Source: an uncultured Gammaproteobacteria bacterium (GTDB lineage Bacteria; Patescibacteriota; Microgenomatia; UBA8517). From it: 64,000 nt of DNA. The position numbers and the translations under genes are program-made. Positions 10,487 through 20,596 of this stretch are shown here, piece after piece (position 1 is the first letter of the stretch; the number at the start of each line of letters is the position of its first letter). The stretch spans positions 76,095-140,094 of the forward strand of contig CAZTVZ010000002.1 of the NCBI GenBank assembly GCA_964617045.1. Reading direction: 5' to 3'. The notes under the pieces were generated by a model. That model worked only from the letters and a program-made list of their open reading frames with translations. It had not been told where the DNA came from and made no database searches.

Positions 10487-13400
10487 CAAATATTGGAGAT
10501 TAATTGTAATTACCCTTCTTGGGTTTGCAATTGCTCTACCACTACTAACAAAAGGACCTTTTGCCAATCACGACGAAATGAACCCGATTAGATTTTTGGC
10601 AATAAAAGATTGTATTGAAGACGGACAGTTTCCGTGTAGATGGTCAAAAGATTTAGGTTGGGGGAATGGGTTCCCGATATTCAATTATTATGCACCGGGA
10701 CCTTACTATTTGGGAGCTGTGCTTAGCGAAGTTGTAGGTTACATTAATGCAGAAAAATTATTGGTTTTATTTTCTTTGGTTGCCGGTGGAATGGGCATGT
10801 ATATATTTGTTAAAAAACTTTACAACGAAAACGCCGGGTTCGTTGCCGGTGTACTGTATACAATTGCTCCTTATAAAGCCGTAGATATTTATGTACGTGG
10901 TGCCTTGTCCGAAGCGATGGCACTAGCCATAGTACCGTTTCTATTCCATTTTGCTTATCTTCTTATCAAAGACAAAGAGAAAAAGTACTTTATTTCTTTT
11001 TCCATAACTCTGTTTTTCTTCTTAACAACTCACAACATAATGACGATACTCTTTATCCCGCTTCTTGCACTATTTTCGATAATCATTTTATTTAAAGAAG
11101 GATTGAAAAAGTTACCACTCCTCATTACATCCGGATTGTTGGGGGTTGGATTGTCGGCATTCTATCTATTACCAGCCTTTTTTGAAAAAAAACTTGTTAG
11201 AGTCGATACACTTACCGGAGACTATTATAATTTCCAGAACCATTTTGTATCCCTTAAGCAAATGTTTATTAGTAATTATTGGGGATACGGTTCTTCGGGG
11301 CCTGGACTTGCCGATGGAATGTCGTTCCAAGTCGGGTATGTTCATTGGGCAATTGCTTTAATTGCACTTCTTTTCATAGCAATTAGAGTAATCAACAAAA
11401 AAGTTGCTCTTCAGACCGTATTGTTTGGAATAGTATTTATTCTTTCCGTTTTTATGATGCATAACAAATCTGCCTTTATTTGGCAGATAATACCACTGCT
11501 TAATTATTTACAATTCCCGTGGAGGCTCCTATCGCTTGTTATATTTACGTCTTCGATTTTGGGGGGTTATGTTATAACCCAATTAAAAGGAAAAATTCTT
11601 GATGTTTCCATTATTCTTGTGTCGGTTATTGCGATAATAATTAATTTCAATTATTTCAAACCCGAAAAGTTTTATACCGAATATAATGATCAAAGTTTGT
11701 TTGTCGGAAAAGTGTGGGAAGATCAAAGAAGTGGAATTCTTCTTGATTACCTTCCTGTGGGAGCAATAGAAGCAAGGGAGCCTGCCTCTTCAGTACCATT
11801 AATCAGAGAGGGAGACGGAATTATCTATTCGTACGTCGTTAGATCAAATAGTTTTTCGTTTAAATATATTGCCCAGGAAAATTCATTGTTGGAAATACCC
11901 GTATACTATTTTCCCGAATGGGAGTTGAAAGTTGACGGAAAAGAGAAGGATATTATTAAAAGTGACGTGGGAAGGATCATGGTTGAATTGGAGAAGGGAA
12001 GTCATGAAATAAAAGGTGTTTTTGGGGATACTCCTCTAAGGGATTTCTCAAATTTGTTAAGTCTTCTGTCTTTCCTTGTCCTTGCATTTTTACTGCTCAG
12101 GAAAAGAGTAGAGAAGATAAATATCGATAAAAGGATTGTTGTATTGGCACTTGTATTATCGATTCCTGCTATCTGGAGTTTTATATCCAAGGGTTTATAC
12201 GGGTTTTCGGATGATTCACATATTGGTTGGATGTATGAAATGGATAGGGCAGTCAAGTCTTTCAAATTTCCACCCAGGTTTGTTCCCGACTTAAGCTACG
12301 GATTTGGATATCCCTTGTTTACATTTGTGTATCCTTTGCCTTTCTATCTCGGTGAAGTCTTTCATCTTCTTGGTATGACCCTTGTCGGGAGTTTCAAAAT
12401 GGTTTTGGCATTATCAATTCCCCTCTCAATGCTTGCAATGTACAAATTCCTTAGAGAGTTTATGAAGAAAGAATATTCATTATTGGGATCTGTGATATAT
12501 GTATATGCCCCATATCGGGCAACGGAACTATTTGTAAGGGGAGCGATAGGGGAGATAGTGGCATTTATCTTTATTCCACTTGTTGCGTGGTCTTTCGTCA
12601 AACTAACCAAAGAAAAAAACACAAAATGGATTGCGGCATCGGCATTATCTGTTGCAGCCCTAATTATGTCGCACAATATTATGGCATATATGTTTATGCC
12701 CTTTGCGCTTCTCCTCTTGGTTTTAAGAATTGTTTTCGTTTATCGTAACGATATATCTCAGTATGTTCGTGGATTTATATCAATAATTTTTGGACTTGTT
12801 ATTTCAATATATTTTTGGCTTCCTGCAATAGTGGAAAGCTCGCTGATGCAATACTCCACGGTATTTAATTATTTGGATCATTTTCCGACACTAAAACAAC
12901 TCGTTACTCCTTACTTCGGTCACGGAGCGTCTGTCCCCGGACCATATGACGGAATATCCTTCTATATTGGAGTAATTGGGTTATTTATTGCTCTCGTGGG
13001 AATAGTCCACTTTTTCTTAAAAAGAAATGACTATACCCGGGAGGAAAAAGTATTTGTTGTTTGGGGAATTATTATGTTAGGTGTTTCGGTGTTTATGATG
13101 AATCACCGATCAGCCTTTATCTGGGAAGCAATACCGCTGATTAAATACTTCCAATTCCCGTGGAGATTTTTGGTCCCCGTAATATTTTCTTTGCCGATAT
13201 TCCTAATTGCGTTTGAAAAAAATAGCCCTATTAAATACGCACCCGGGATTTTAGTTATCCTTACAATTCTTGTAAATTCTCAATATTTTATTCCGGAAAG
13301 TTTTTTGGGTAGAACCGATGATTATTATTTAAAAAGATTTGTTCCTTATCCGATTGCAAGCGAAGAGTACAAAACGACTTCCGAGGAGTATTTGAGATTG

Positions 13401-13754
13401 CCTCTTGGTCAAACTGAAAGACCAAAAGAAACAAGGCCTTTGGTTGAAGGAGCGAAAGGTGTTAGGGGAATTGTAAATCTGAATGCCTATGACACTATTA
13501 TATATACCGATTATCCTCAAAGTTTCGTCTTGAATTATAATAAGTATATGTATCCTGGATGGACCGCCCTTGTTGACGGTGTTCCGGCGGATATAAAAGT
13601 GGGAAGTCCTTACGGACAAATCTCATTGGATATTCCAAGAGGAGCACATAAAATTGAAATATATTATAAAGAGACACCATTCAGAACAATTCTGAACATT
13701 GTTTCTTTGGCAGGTTTTATAACTGCAATATATTTATTAGTACGCAAAAAATGA
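10470..13754 (+). CDS. Tandem-duplicated (fused) GT-C-like membrane protein, two modules of the same family as 8792..10486
   Basis: 1094 aa. Module 1 (aa about 1-545): 'NHDEMNPIRF...QFPCRWSKDLGWGNGFPIFNYYAPGPYY', 'YKAVDIYVRGALSEAMAL', 'GYGSSG', 'LQFPWRLLS'. Module 2 (aa about 550-1094): 'SDDSHIGWMYEMDRAV...FPPRFVPDLSYGFGYPLFTFVYPLPFY', 'YRATELFVRGAIGEIVAF', 'FQFPWRFLV'. The junction is in frame with no stop. Confidence 0.45.
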   Translation: MMTLINKYWRLIVITLLGFAIALPLLTKGPFANHDEMNPIRFLAIKDCIEDGQFPCRWSKDLGWGNGFPIFNYYAPGPYYLGAVLSEVVGYINAEKLLVLFSLVAGGMGMYIFVKKLYNENAGFVAGVLYTIAPYKAVDIYVRGALSEAMALAIVPFLFHFAYLLIKDKEKKYFISFSITLFFFLTTHNIMTILFIPLLALFSIIILFKEGLKKLPLLITSGLLGVGLSAFYLLPAFFEKKLVRVDTLTGDYYNFQNHFVSLKQMFISNYWGYGSSGPGLADGMSFQVGYVHWAIALIALLFIAIRVINKKVALQTVLFGIVFILSVFMMHNKSAFIWQIIPLLNYLQFPWRLLSLVIFTSSILGGYVITQLKGKILDVSIILVSVIAIIINFNYFKPEKFYTEYNDQSLFVGKVWEDQRSGILLDYLPVGAIEAREPASSVPLIREGDGIIYSYVVRSNSFSFKYIAQENSLLEIPVYYFPEWELKVDGKEKDIIKSDVGRIMVELEKGSHEIKGVFGDTPLRDFSNLLSLLSFLVLAFLLLRKRVEKINIDKRIVVLALVLSIPAIWSFISKGLYGFSDDSHIGWMYEMDRAVKSFKFPPRFVPDLSYGFGYPLFTFVYPLPFYLGEVFHLLGMTLVGSFKMVLALSIPLSMLAMYKFLREFMKKEYSLLGSVIYVYAPYRATELFVRGAIGEIVAFIFIPLVAWSFVKLTKEKNTKWIAASALSVAALIMSHNIMAYMFMPFALLLLVLRIVFVYRNDISQYVRGFISIIFGLVISIYFWLPAIVESSLMQYSTVFNYLDHFPTLKQLVTPYFGHGASVPGPYDGISFYIGVIGLFIALVGIVHFFLKRNDYTREEKVFVVWGIIMLGVSVFMMNHRSAFIWEAIPLIKYFQFPWRFLVPVIFSLPIFLIAFEKNSPIKYAPGILVILTILVNSQYFIPESFLGRTDDYYLKRFVPYPIASEEYKTTSEEYLRLPLGQTERPKETRPLVEGAKGVRGIVNLNAYDTIIYTDYPQSFVLNYNKYMYPGWTALVDGVPADIKVGSPYGQISLDIPRGAHKIEIYYKETPFRTILNIVSLAGFITAIYLLVRKK

Positions 13755-15013
13755 AACGATTTATCGCAATAATTCTTACAATAGGGATACTTTTAAGAGT
13801 AGGCTTGGCTTTCAGCACTTTCCATGCGGATGTTCAGGCTTTTGATTTTGCCGGTAAGGTAATTGCGGAAGGAAATGTCCTAAATTTCTACGATTATTTA
13901 TGGAATCTTCCAAAAGAGGACCCCATTTTGGAAGTATACCCTCCATATTTATTCAACTATCCTCCGATGGTTTATTTTTTCCTTGGAGGAATTTCCAGAT
14001 TAACCACATGGATGGTTGATCCGTTGATTCACAATAACTTTATCTTTGATTTCCCTTCAACTTTGGGAAATATTAATTTGAATATCCTTCTTTTAATGCT
14101 TAAGCTACCGTATTTTCCTTTTGACATTGCTATTGCGTATCTTCTGATGCGCATGTTTAGTGAAGAAAAGAAAAAGAAATGGATTTTCGCTCTTTGGATG
14201 TTTAATCCAATTAACCTATATGCCACTTACATGATGGGGCAATTTGATATTATACCTACGTTTTTGACGATAGCTGCTCTTTATCTTGTCGTTAAGAATA
14301 AAGAAAGGATTGAGAATAGTAATTTACTATTACCGGCAGCACTTCTTGGTCTTGGGGCAGCATTCAAGATATTTCCTGCATTATTTATTGTTCCCCTTGC
14401 AACTTTGAAGAACAGTTGGTTAGACAGAATAAAAATAATCGCCGTTGGTTTCGGAGTTTATTTTATGACTAATTTTCCGTTTATCTTTTCGAAAGGCTTT
14501 CGTGCAACGGCAATGCTTGCTAATCAAACAACAAAAAGTTTGTATGCACAGATACCAATATCGGGCGGAGAATCCATAATCTTGTTTTTGGCTTTGGCGG
14601 TATTTGCATATATTGTGTTTTGGGTTAAAAAGGTTTTACCTGAAGATTTGTGGAAAAGATTTTTTGTAATGATTTTACTGTTTTTTGTATTTACCCATTA
14701 TCATCCACAATGGTTTCTTTGGCTTACTCCATTTTTACTGATTGATTATGTATATTCCGGCAATAAACACCTGGTTCCGATTAAGATATCGCTTTTGAGC
14801 TTTTTAGGACTACTTACATTCTTTGATCCGGGACTAACGGTATGGTTGTTCGCACCCATAAATAAAGCGCTATACGGCATGTCGGATTTATGGACTCAAA
14901 TCGGAATTAAGCCGGACGTTAATTATGCCAGAAGTATTTTGCATACATTATTTGTCGGTTCTGCACTATATTATATGTACATTCATTTCCCAAGAATTAC
15001 GAAAGGCGATTGA
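13751..15013 (+). CDS. Polytopic membrane protein, putative GT-C (DUF2029/GT87-like?)
   Basis: ATGA overlap. 420 aa with about 10 TM segments. First loop 'FHADVQAFDFAGKV...YPPYLFNYPP'. Family assignment is weak. Confidence 0.3.
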   Translation: MKRFIAIILTIGILLRVGLAFSTFHADVQAFDFAGKVIAEGNVLNFYDYLWNLPKEDPILEVYPPYLFNYPPMVYFFLGGISRLTTWMVDPLIHNNFIFDFPSTLGNINLNILLLMLKLPYFPFDIAIAYLLMRMFSEEKKKKWIFALWMFNPINLYATYMMGQFDIIPTFLTIAALYLVVKNKERIENSNLLLPAALLGLGAAFKIFPALFIVPLATLKNSWLDRIKIIAVGFGVYFMTNFPFIFSKGFRATAMLANQTTKSLYAQIPISGGESIILFLALAVFAYIVFWVKKVLPEDLWKRFFVMILLFFVFTHYHPQWFLWLTPFLLIDYVYSGNKHLVPIKISLLSFLGLLTFFDPGLTVWLFAPINKALYGMSDLWTQIGIKPDVNYARSILHTLFVGSALYYMYIHFPRITKGD

Positions 15014-16986
15014 TGAACGTTACATTGGATATCTTAAAATTCTTTGCATTCTTCCTAATAGTATTTTTTATCCCGGGCTATGTACTTACGAGAAATGCGG
15101 ATATTAAATCAAAAGCAGGAAAGATATTTATTGCTACGGTATTGGGGTTTGCACTTTCAACGGTCACTTATTATCTTCACTCGGTTATTTTTTCTCTTTA
15201 CGTGATTATTCCTTCGATTATTTTTATCATTGGCGGGTATTACAAAGATTTCAGGGGTTTAAAACTACCCCAAAAGAAGGGTCACTTAATTATCTTGGGT
15301 TTAATTATTGCCCTTGGAACATTTTTCCAAAACAACTTAACCTTCAGAACGGGTCTTAATTACGAGTATGGAATCGGTTTTTGGAGTGCGCTTGCGCACG
15401 ATGGAGTTTGGCACCAGGCGCTAATTGCTCAGCTTACCAAAAATATTCCTCCTTTGAATCCCGCTTTGTCCGAATTTACGCTTACAAACTATCATTATTT
15501 TTACGATTTGCTTTTGGCGATAGTAAACAAAATTACTTTAATACCGATTGCCGATTTGGTTTATCGTTATTTTCCAATCATATTTTCTTCTCTTCTGGGA
15601 ATAGGAAGTTATCTTTTAACGGTTAAAATATTCAAAAAAGAAAGTGCAGGAATATTCGCAGCATATTTTTCCTATTTCGGAAGTAGCTTTGGGTGGATTG
15701 TCGAACTTTTTAGAGGAGGAGAAATTATTGCGGGCGAATCCAATTTTTGGGCCAACCAACCCGTTTCTCTAAACATCAATCCTCCATTCGCAATTTCACT
15801 AATATTTTTAATTACCGTCCTATATTTGTTTTCTCTTTATGAAGAAAAACGAGATTATTGGTTATTAGGACTTATGGCAATAATTGCCGGGTTAACAATT
15901 GAGTTTAAAGTATACGGAGGTTTAATTATTCTTTCTTCCTTGCTGGTTCTGGCAATTAAGAAGGCTTTATTTGATAAAGACAGGGTTTTACTGGTGTACG
16001 TATTGATTGCAATCGGTATTGCTGCCGGAGTTTTTATTCCCAATAGTAAGGGAAGTGCATCTTTTGTTACCCTTGTTCCTTTTTGGATTATTCACTCGAT
16101 GATAGATATTGTTGATCGGGTTGGTTGGTGGAGATTGTCTCTGTCGAGGACGGTCGGTTTGGCAGAAAAAGATTGGGTTAAATTTATTGGAGCCGAAGGT
16201 GTCGGATTAATACTGTTCATTTTGGGAAATATCGGGACAAGAATGATTGCTTTTGCGGCACTTCTTTTGATACCGGCAAAAGAATGGTTTAAAAACAATT
16301 CTTATCTGATTTTAATAATTGTTTCCGGAGCATCCGTACTTCCAACGTTGTTATTCGTTCAAAAATCAGACCCTTGGAATATTATTCAATTTACATATTA
16401 TTTTCTTTTTATCGCGGCTATTGTTGCCGCTTACGTTCTCTCGATATTTTTCGAAAAATCAAAAAAATGGGTAGTAATCGTTGGGTTGACGCTTTTATTT
16501 GTGATTACCCCGTTGAGTTCTTTGGGTTCATTCAGAAGTGGATTTCAGGGAAACCCGACATATTTGGATAAAGGCGAACTTGAAGCGTTGAATTATCTTA
16601 AAACGCAAGAAGATGGGGTGGTTCTTACATATCCGTACAATCAGTATCTCAGGTACAGTACCGAAAAAAGACCACTTCCTTTGTGGGCCTATCAAACCAG
16701 TGCATATGTATCAGCTTATTCTCAAAAAGTGACATACCTGGAAGATATGATGCAGCAGGGAATACTTGATGCAGACTTTAAAGACAGAATCAAAAAGATG
16801 GAAGACTTTTTTACCAATAATATGCTGCAACAAGGAGAGGACTCCTTTATTAAAGAAGCAAATATCACTTACGTATACATTCCGCAGGATTTAAGAAGAA
16901 TGGTTAACACCAAACTTCCTTCGGCAAAAATAATATTTGAGAACGAAGGGGCGGTAATATTCAAATATGACTTTACAACTAATTAA
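15013..16986 (+). CDS. Polytopic membrane protein, uncharacterized family (paralog A), putative GT-C-like
   Basis: ATG at 15013 (TGATG overlap). Motifs shared with 16967..18973: 'AHDGVWHQA', 'NYHYFYD', 'YRYFPIIFSSLLGIGSY', 'KKESAGI', 'FWANQ', 'QTSAYVSAYSQKVTY'. C-terminal soluble domain. Confidence 0.4.
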   Translation: MNVTLDILKFFAFFLIVFFIPGYVLTRNADIKSKAGKIFIATVLGFALSTVTYYLHSVIFSLYVIIPSIIFIIGGYYKDFRGLKLPQKKGHLIILGLIIALGTFFQNNLTFRTGLNYEYGIGFWSALAHDGVWHQALIAQLTKNIPPLNPALSEFTLTNYHYFYDLLLAIVNKITLIPIADLVYRYFPIIFSSLLGIGSYLLTVKIFKKESAGIFAAYFSYFGSSFGWIVELFRGGEIIAGESNFWANQPVSLNINPPFAISLIFLITVLYLFSLYEEKRDYWLLGLMAIIAGLTIEFKVYGGLIILSSLLVLAIKKALFDKDRVLLVYVLIAIGIAAGVFIPNSKGSASFVTLVPFWIIHSMIDIVDRVGWWRLSLSRTVGLAEKDWVKFIGAEGVGLILFILGNIGTRMIAFAALLLIPAKEWFKNNSYLILIIVSGASVLPTLLFVQKSDPWNIIQFTYYFLFIAAIVAAYVLSIFFEKSKKWVVIVGLTLLFVITPLSSLGSFRSGFQGNPTYLDKGELEALNYLKTQEDGVVLTYPYNQYLRYSTEKRPLPLWAYQTSAYVSAYSQKVTYLEDMMQQGILDADFKDRIKKMEDFFTNNMLQQGEDSFIKEANITYVYIPQDLRRMVNTKLPSAKIIFENEGAVIFKYDFTTN

Positions 16987-18973
16987 CACCCTATTGATGG
17001 GAGCACTTTTCCTGTTTATTTATTTCGGAGTTATATATCCCGTTGGTTATTTAATTGTTAGAAAATTCAACAAATTATTGAAACCGGTTGAGGTTTTTGG
17101 TCTTTCTATGGCAATATCCATCGTTCTATTTATAGGGATAGCGATTTTGTTCGGAATACTTAAAATTCGGTTTCTGGTTCTTCCGTTGGTGGTTGGAATT
17201 ACCCTTGCAACCTATTGGAAATATAGATTCCCTGTTATCGATTCAATTTTGGTTGTATTCAAAAATAAAATTCTGTTACTTCTTTCCGTAGTGGCGATTA
17301 TCGTTCAAGGAATAATCAATTTTCCCAGCGGGTATTTATATGGCAATGGATATCAATTTTGGAGTTCTCAGGGGAACGACGGATTGTGGCATGTTGCGGT
17401 AATGGAAGAAATTAAAAAGAGTATGCCGATAGAAAACCCGATATACTACGGAGAAAAATTATATAACTATCACTATTTGACCGACGTCTTTATGGGTGAA
17501 TTTGCTCGTTTGTTCCCGTCTTTTACCTCACTCGATTTGTACTTCAGATATTTCCCGATTGTTTTCTCTCTTCTTATCAGTATCGGCGCATATGCTTTCG
17601 TGAGTAGATGGAGTAAATCGGAAAGTGCGGGATATTGGGCAATATTTTTTTCCAGTCTTTCCGGCGGCTTTGGGTATATCGTTACGTTAATAAAAGAAGG
17701 AAGATTGTTTGCCGGAGAAACCATTTTCTGGGCTGCTCAGGGAAACACAATAATAGGGAATCCTCCCCATGCAGTTGCTTACGGTTTGCTGGCAATGTTT
17801 TTACTTTCGATCGCAATATATCTGGAAACAAGAAAGAAAGAAATACTGCTTCTTTCCATATTAACCGGTGCTTTTGTTGCTGGTTTTAAAGTATCCGGTG
17901 GATTTATCCTTTCTGCCGGAATAATTGCTGGAGGATTATTTGATTTTCTTGTTAACAGAAAAAAAGAGATGGTATATATTCCTGTGATTGTTGGTTTATT
18001 AAACTTCGTAACACTTAAGCTTATGACCAAGGGTGCAGATAGTTTTTTGATTTTCGAACCATGGTGGTTTGTCAGAACAACGATTGTTGCGGATGGAAGA
18101 GTCGGAATAATAGATATGGAATTAAGAAGGCAACATTATCTTTCTTTGGGAACTTTTAAAGCAACCTTAAGAGTAATACAACTTGAAGTTGAAGCCTTCC
18201 TTATGTTTTTTGTCGGCAATATGAGTACGCGAATAATCGGATTCTTTCTTATCTTTGCAAATGGGTTTAAGGGGGTTGGAAAGTTCTTTAAAGATACGAT
18301 GAGTATCATTTTAATTTCTTCCGCCTTGGCGGGATTGGGAATAGTACTTCTATTTGTTCAGAAGGGAATAGCATACAATCTTATTCAGTTTTTCCAATAC
18401 TCTATTTTGATAATGGGTTTTTTGAGTGCCGCAGCAATGCCAATTATTTTGAAAAGGATTAAACCAAAAATAATTAAAACTGCATTTGCTTTTTTGATAA
18501 TAATAATTTCCGTACCGACTGTTATTGGTAATGTTGTCGAATTTTACGGAAAAGGACGATCAGCATTGGCCGTCGTCAGCAACAGCGAAATTGAAGCCTT
18601 AGAATATTTAAAAACATCAACACCAAATGATTCGGTAATTCTTACATACCCATTCGATGGAAATGCCCATTATGGGTATAAAGAACAACCATGGCCGATA
18701 TCAGTGTGGTACTCGACAGCTTACGTTTCTGCACTTTCCTCTAGAAAAACATATTTCAGCAATGAAGGGCAGGTTGATATATTAGGTATTCCAATTAAAG
18801 AAAGAAGAGAAGAAGTACTGGCCTTTTTCAATGACCCGAAGATTGATAGAAAACAGTATCTGAATGATAAAGGAATAGATTATGTTTACGTTCTTAAAAA
18901 AGATTATCCCAAACAGTTGGATTTGGAAATATATTATGAGAGTAGAGACGTTATAATTTACTGGAATATATGA
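16967..18973 (+). CDS. Polytopic membrane protein, uncharacterized family (paralog B), putative GT-C-like
   Basis: 'GNDGLWHVA', 'NYHYLTD', 'FRYFPIVFSLLISIGAY', 'KSESAGY', 'FWAAQ', 'STAYVSALSSRKTY'. Tandem paralog of 15013..16986. Confidence 0.4.
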   Translation: MTLQLINTLLMGALFLFIYFGVIYPVGYLIVRKFNKLLKPVEVFGLSMAISIVLFIGIAILFGILKIRFLVLPLVVGITLATYWKYRFPVIDSILVVFKNKILLLLSVVAIIVQGIINFPSGYLYGNGYQFWSSQGNDGLWHVAVMEEIKKSMPIENPIYYGEKLYNYHYLTDVFMGEFARLFPSFTSLDLYFRYFPIVFSLLISIGAYAFVSRWSKSESAGYWAIFFSSLSGGFGYIVTLIKEGRLFAGETIFWAAQGNTIIGNPPHAVAYGLLAMFLLSIAIYLETRKKEILLLSILTGAFVAGFKVSGGFILSAGIIAGGLFDFLVNRKKEMVYIPVIVGLLNFVTLKLMTKGADSFLIFEPWWFVRTTIVADGRVGIIDMELRRQHYLSLGTFKATLRVIQLEVEAFLMFFVGNMSTRIIGFFLIFANGFKGVGKFFKDTMSIILISSALAGLGIVLLFVQKGIAYNLIQFFQYSILIMGFLSAAAMPIILKRIKPKIIKTAFAFLIIIISVPTVIGNVVEFYGKGRSALAVVSNSEIEALEYLKTSTPNDSVILTYPFDGNAHYGYKEQPWPISVWYSTAYVSALSSRKTYFSNEGQVDILGIPIKERREEVLAFFNDPKIDRKQYLNDKGIDYVYVLKKDYPKQLDLEIYYESRDVIIYWNI

Positions 18974-20574
18974 GAAAAGCTTTCTTGCTGGGGATAATAT
19001 TGTTGTTTGCTTTTATAGTAAGAATCGTGGGGATAAACGAAGTTCCTTTGTATGGCGATGAACTTACAATTACCCAGGATGCATATTCTATTCTTCAAAC
19101 AGGTAAAGACGTTACCGGAAAAACACTACCGCTAACATTTTCAATGGGTGCCGGCAGGCCCGGAGGATATGTTTATTTTTCTGTTCCTTTTGTTTCACTT
19201 TTTGGACCAGGCGCGTATGGAGTTAGAATGCTCTCAATTATTTCCGGAGTGGGTATTGTTCTTGCAGGATATTTATTGAGTAGAAAACTCTTTTCAGAAA
19301 AAATTGCGATAATTACGGCATTTTTAACTGCGATATCCCCTTGGGCAATTAATTTAAGTAGGGGAGGATATGAGGCGAACTTTGCCCTCATGCTTTGCAT
19401 GTTTGCTATATACGCTTTTCTAGAGGCAAAGGGGAAACCGATTTGTTATCCGATATCGGCAGCACTATTGGGTCTTACGATTTTTACTTATCCCACTTTC
19501 AAATTGACGATTCCCCTATTCATCATCCCCCTTCTTTGGTATGTGGGAGGAATTAAAGAAATATTTGTTAAAAAGAATATCTTCTATCTTTTGGTTTCAA
19601 TTATTATCGGCATAAGCTTTATCGGATTGTCGATAAATGAAACGTTTAACAACAATTCCGAAGAAAGATTCGGCAGGATTAATATTTTTTCCTCTGAGGA
19701 TATCCAGAGAAACATAACGGAGGAAGTAATAAACGAAAGGAGAATTGTGGATGTATCATATGCTGACAGGTTGTTCCACAACAAGGTCATCAAAAATGTC
19801 GAGTATTTTATTGAGAATTACTTGGATAACTTTTCGATTCAATATCTTTTTACGAAGGGAGACGGTAATCCTCGGCACAACATGACCCAGACTGGTGTCC
19901 TGTTTACGGTAGAAATATTAACACTATTGCTTGGTCTGTATGCAATTTCGCAAAAAGAGAAAAAGGGAATGATAATGCTTCTTTCGTGGGTTTTGATTAC
20001 TCCGATTGCAACTTCCATTGTCGGGGTTCCCCACTCTTTAAGAAACGCATTTATGTTTCCGGCTCTTTCAATGATATCTGCATATGGTGTTTTTCTGTTA
20101 AGCAGTAACAAGAGAAAAATAGTCTTTACTCTGTTTGTGCTTGGACTATTTGTTCAGTTTATTTTCCAAATGGAGAGGTTGTATCTGGTTTCGGCAAAGG
20201 AATATGAAAAATCTTGGTCTTATCCTGCAAAAAGAGCTTCGGAAATTGCCGCATCGGAAACAGATAGATACGACCATGTAATTCTTTCGGACCGAATCGA
20301 TTCAGTGGAGTATGCGTATCCGGTATATGCAAGGGTGGATTCCAAGTTGGTTCAGGAGCAAAATCTAAACACTTCGTTAATCGGAAGCCTTCCTTTAAAA
20401 ACTTACGGAAATGTAAGCATTGGAAGAATTCCCGAAGGAGAATTGCCGAAATTTATCGATTCTATTCCGGGATCCGTTTTGTTTATCGGAAGTGAATACT
20501 ACGATATTAAATCGGGAGAAGTAATTAAATTTACAGATCCTATGCTAAATCTGTCGATTGTGCGAAAAGAATAA
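18970..20574 (+). CDS. GT-C glycosyltransferase, PMT_2/GT39-like (protein O-mannosyltransferase-like)
   Basis: ATGA overlap. First loop 'PLYGDELTITQDAYSILQTGKD' (DE motif), 'GVRMLSIISGVGIVLAGYLLSRKLF'. Shares the C-terminal 'FTKGDGNPRH' motif with 21410.. and 23053... Confidence 0.55.
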   Translation: MRKAFLLGIILLFAFIVRIVGINEVPLYGDELTITQDAYSILQTGKDVTGKTLPLTFSMGAGRPGGYVYFSVPFVSLFGPGAYGVRMLSIISGVGIVLAGYLLSRKLFSEKIAIITAFLTAISPWAINLSRGGYEANFALMLCMFAIYAFLEAKGKPICYPISAALLGLTIFTYPTFKLTIPLFIIPLLWYVGGIKEIFVKKNIFYLLVSIIIGISFIGLSINETFNNNSEERFGRINIFSSEDIQRNITEEVINERRIVDVSYADRLFHNKVIKNVEYFIENYLDNFSIQYLFTKGDGNPRHNMTQTGVLFTVEILTLLLGLYAISQKEKKGMIMLLSWVLITPIATSIVGVPHSLRNAFMFPALSMISAYGVFLLSSNKRKIVFTLFVLGLFVQFIFQMERLYLVSAKEYEKSWSYPAKRASEIAASETDRYDHVILSDRIDSVEYAYPVYARVDSKLVQEQNLNTSLIGSLPLKTYGNVSIGRIPEGELPKFIDSIPGSVLFIGSEYYDIKSGEVIKFTDPMLNLSIVRKE

Positions 20575-20596
20575 CAATCTGTTATTATCTTCCCAA

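Noticed and set aside
10470-13754. The 1094-aa ORF as a pseudogene-style read-through of two genes
   Set aside because: The junction between modules is in frame and hydrophobic, with the TM anchor continuing into TM1 of the next module. Both halves keep all the conserved motifs, so I treat it as a genuine fusion. An assembly artefact cannot be excluded without reads (flagged in findings).
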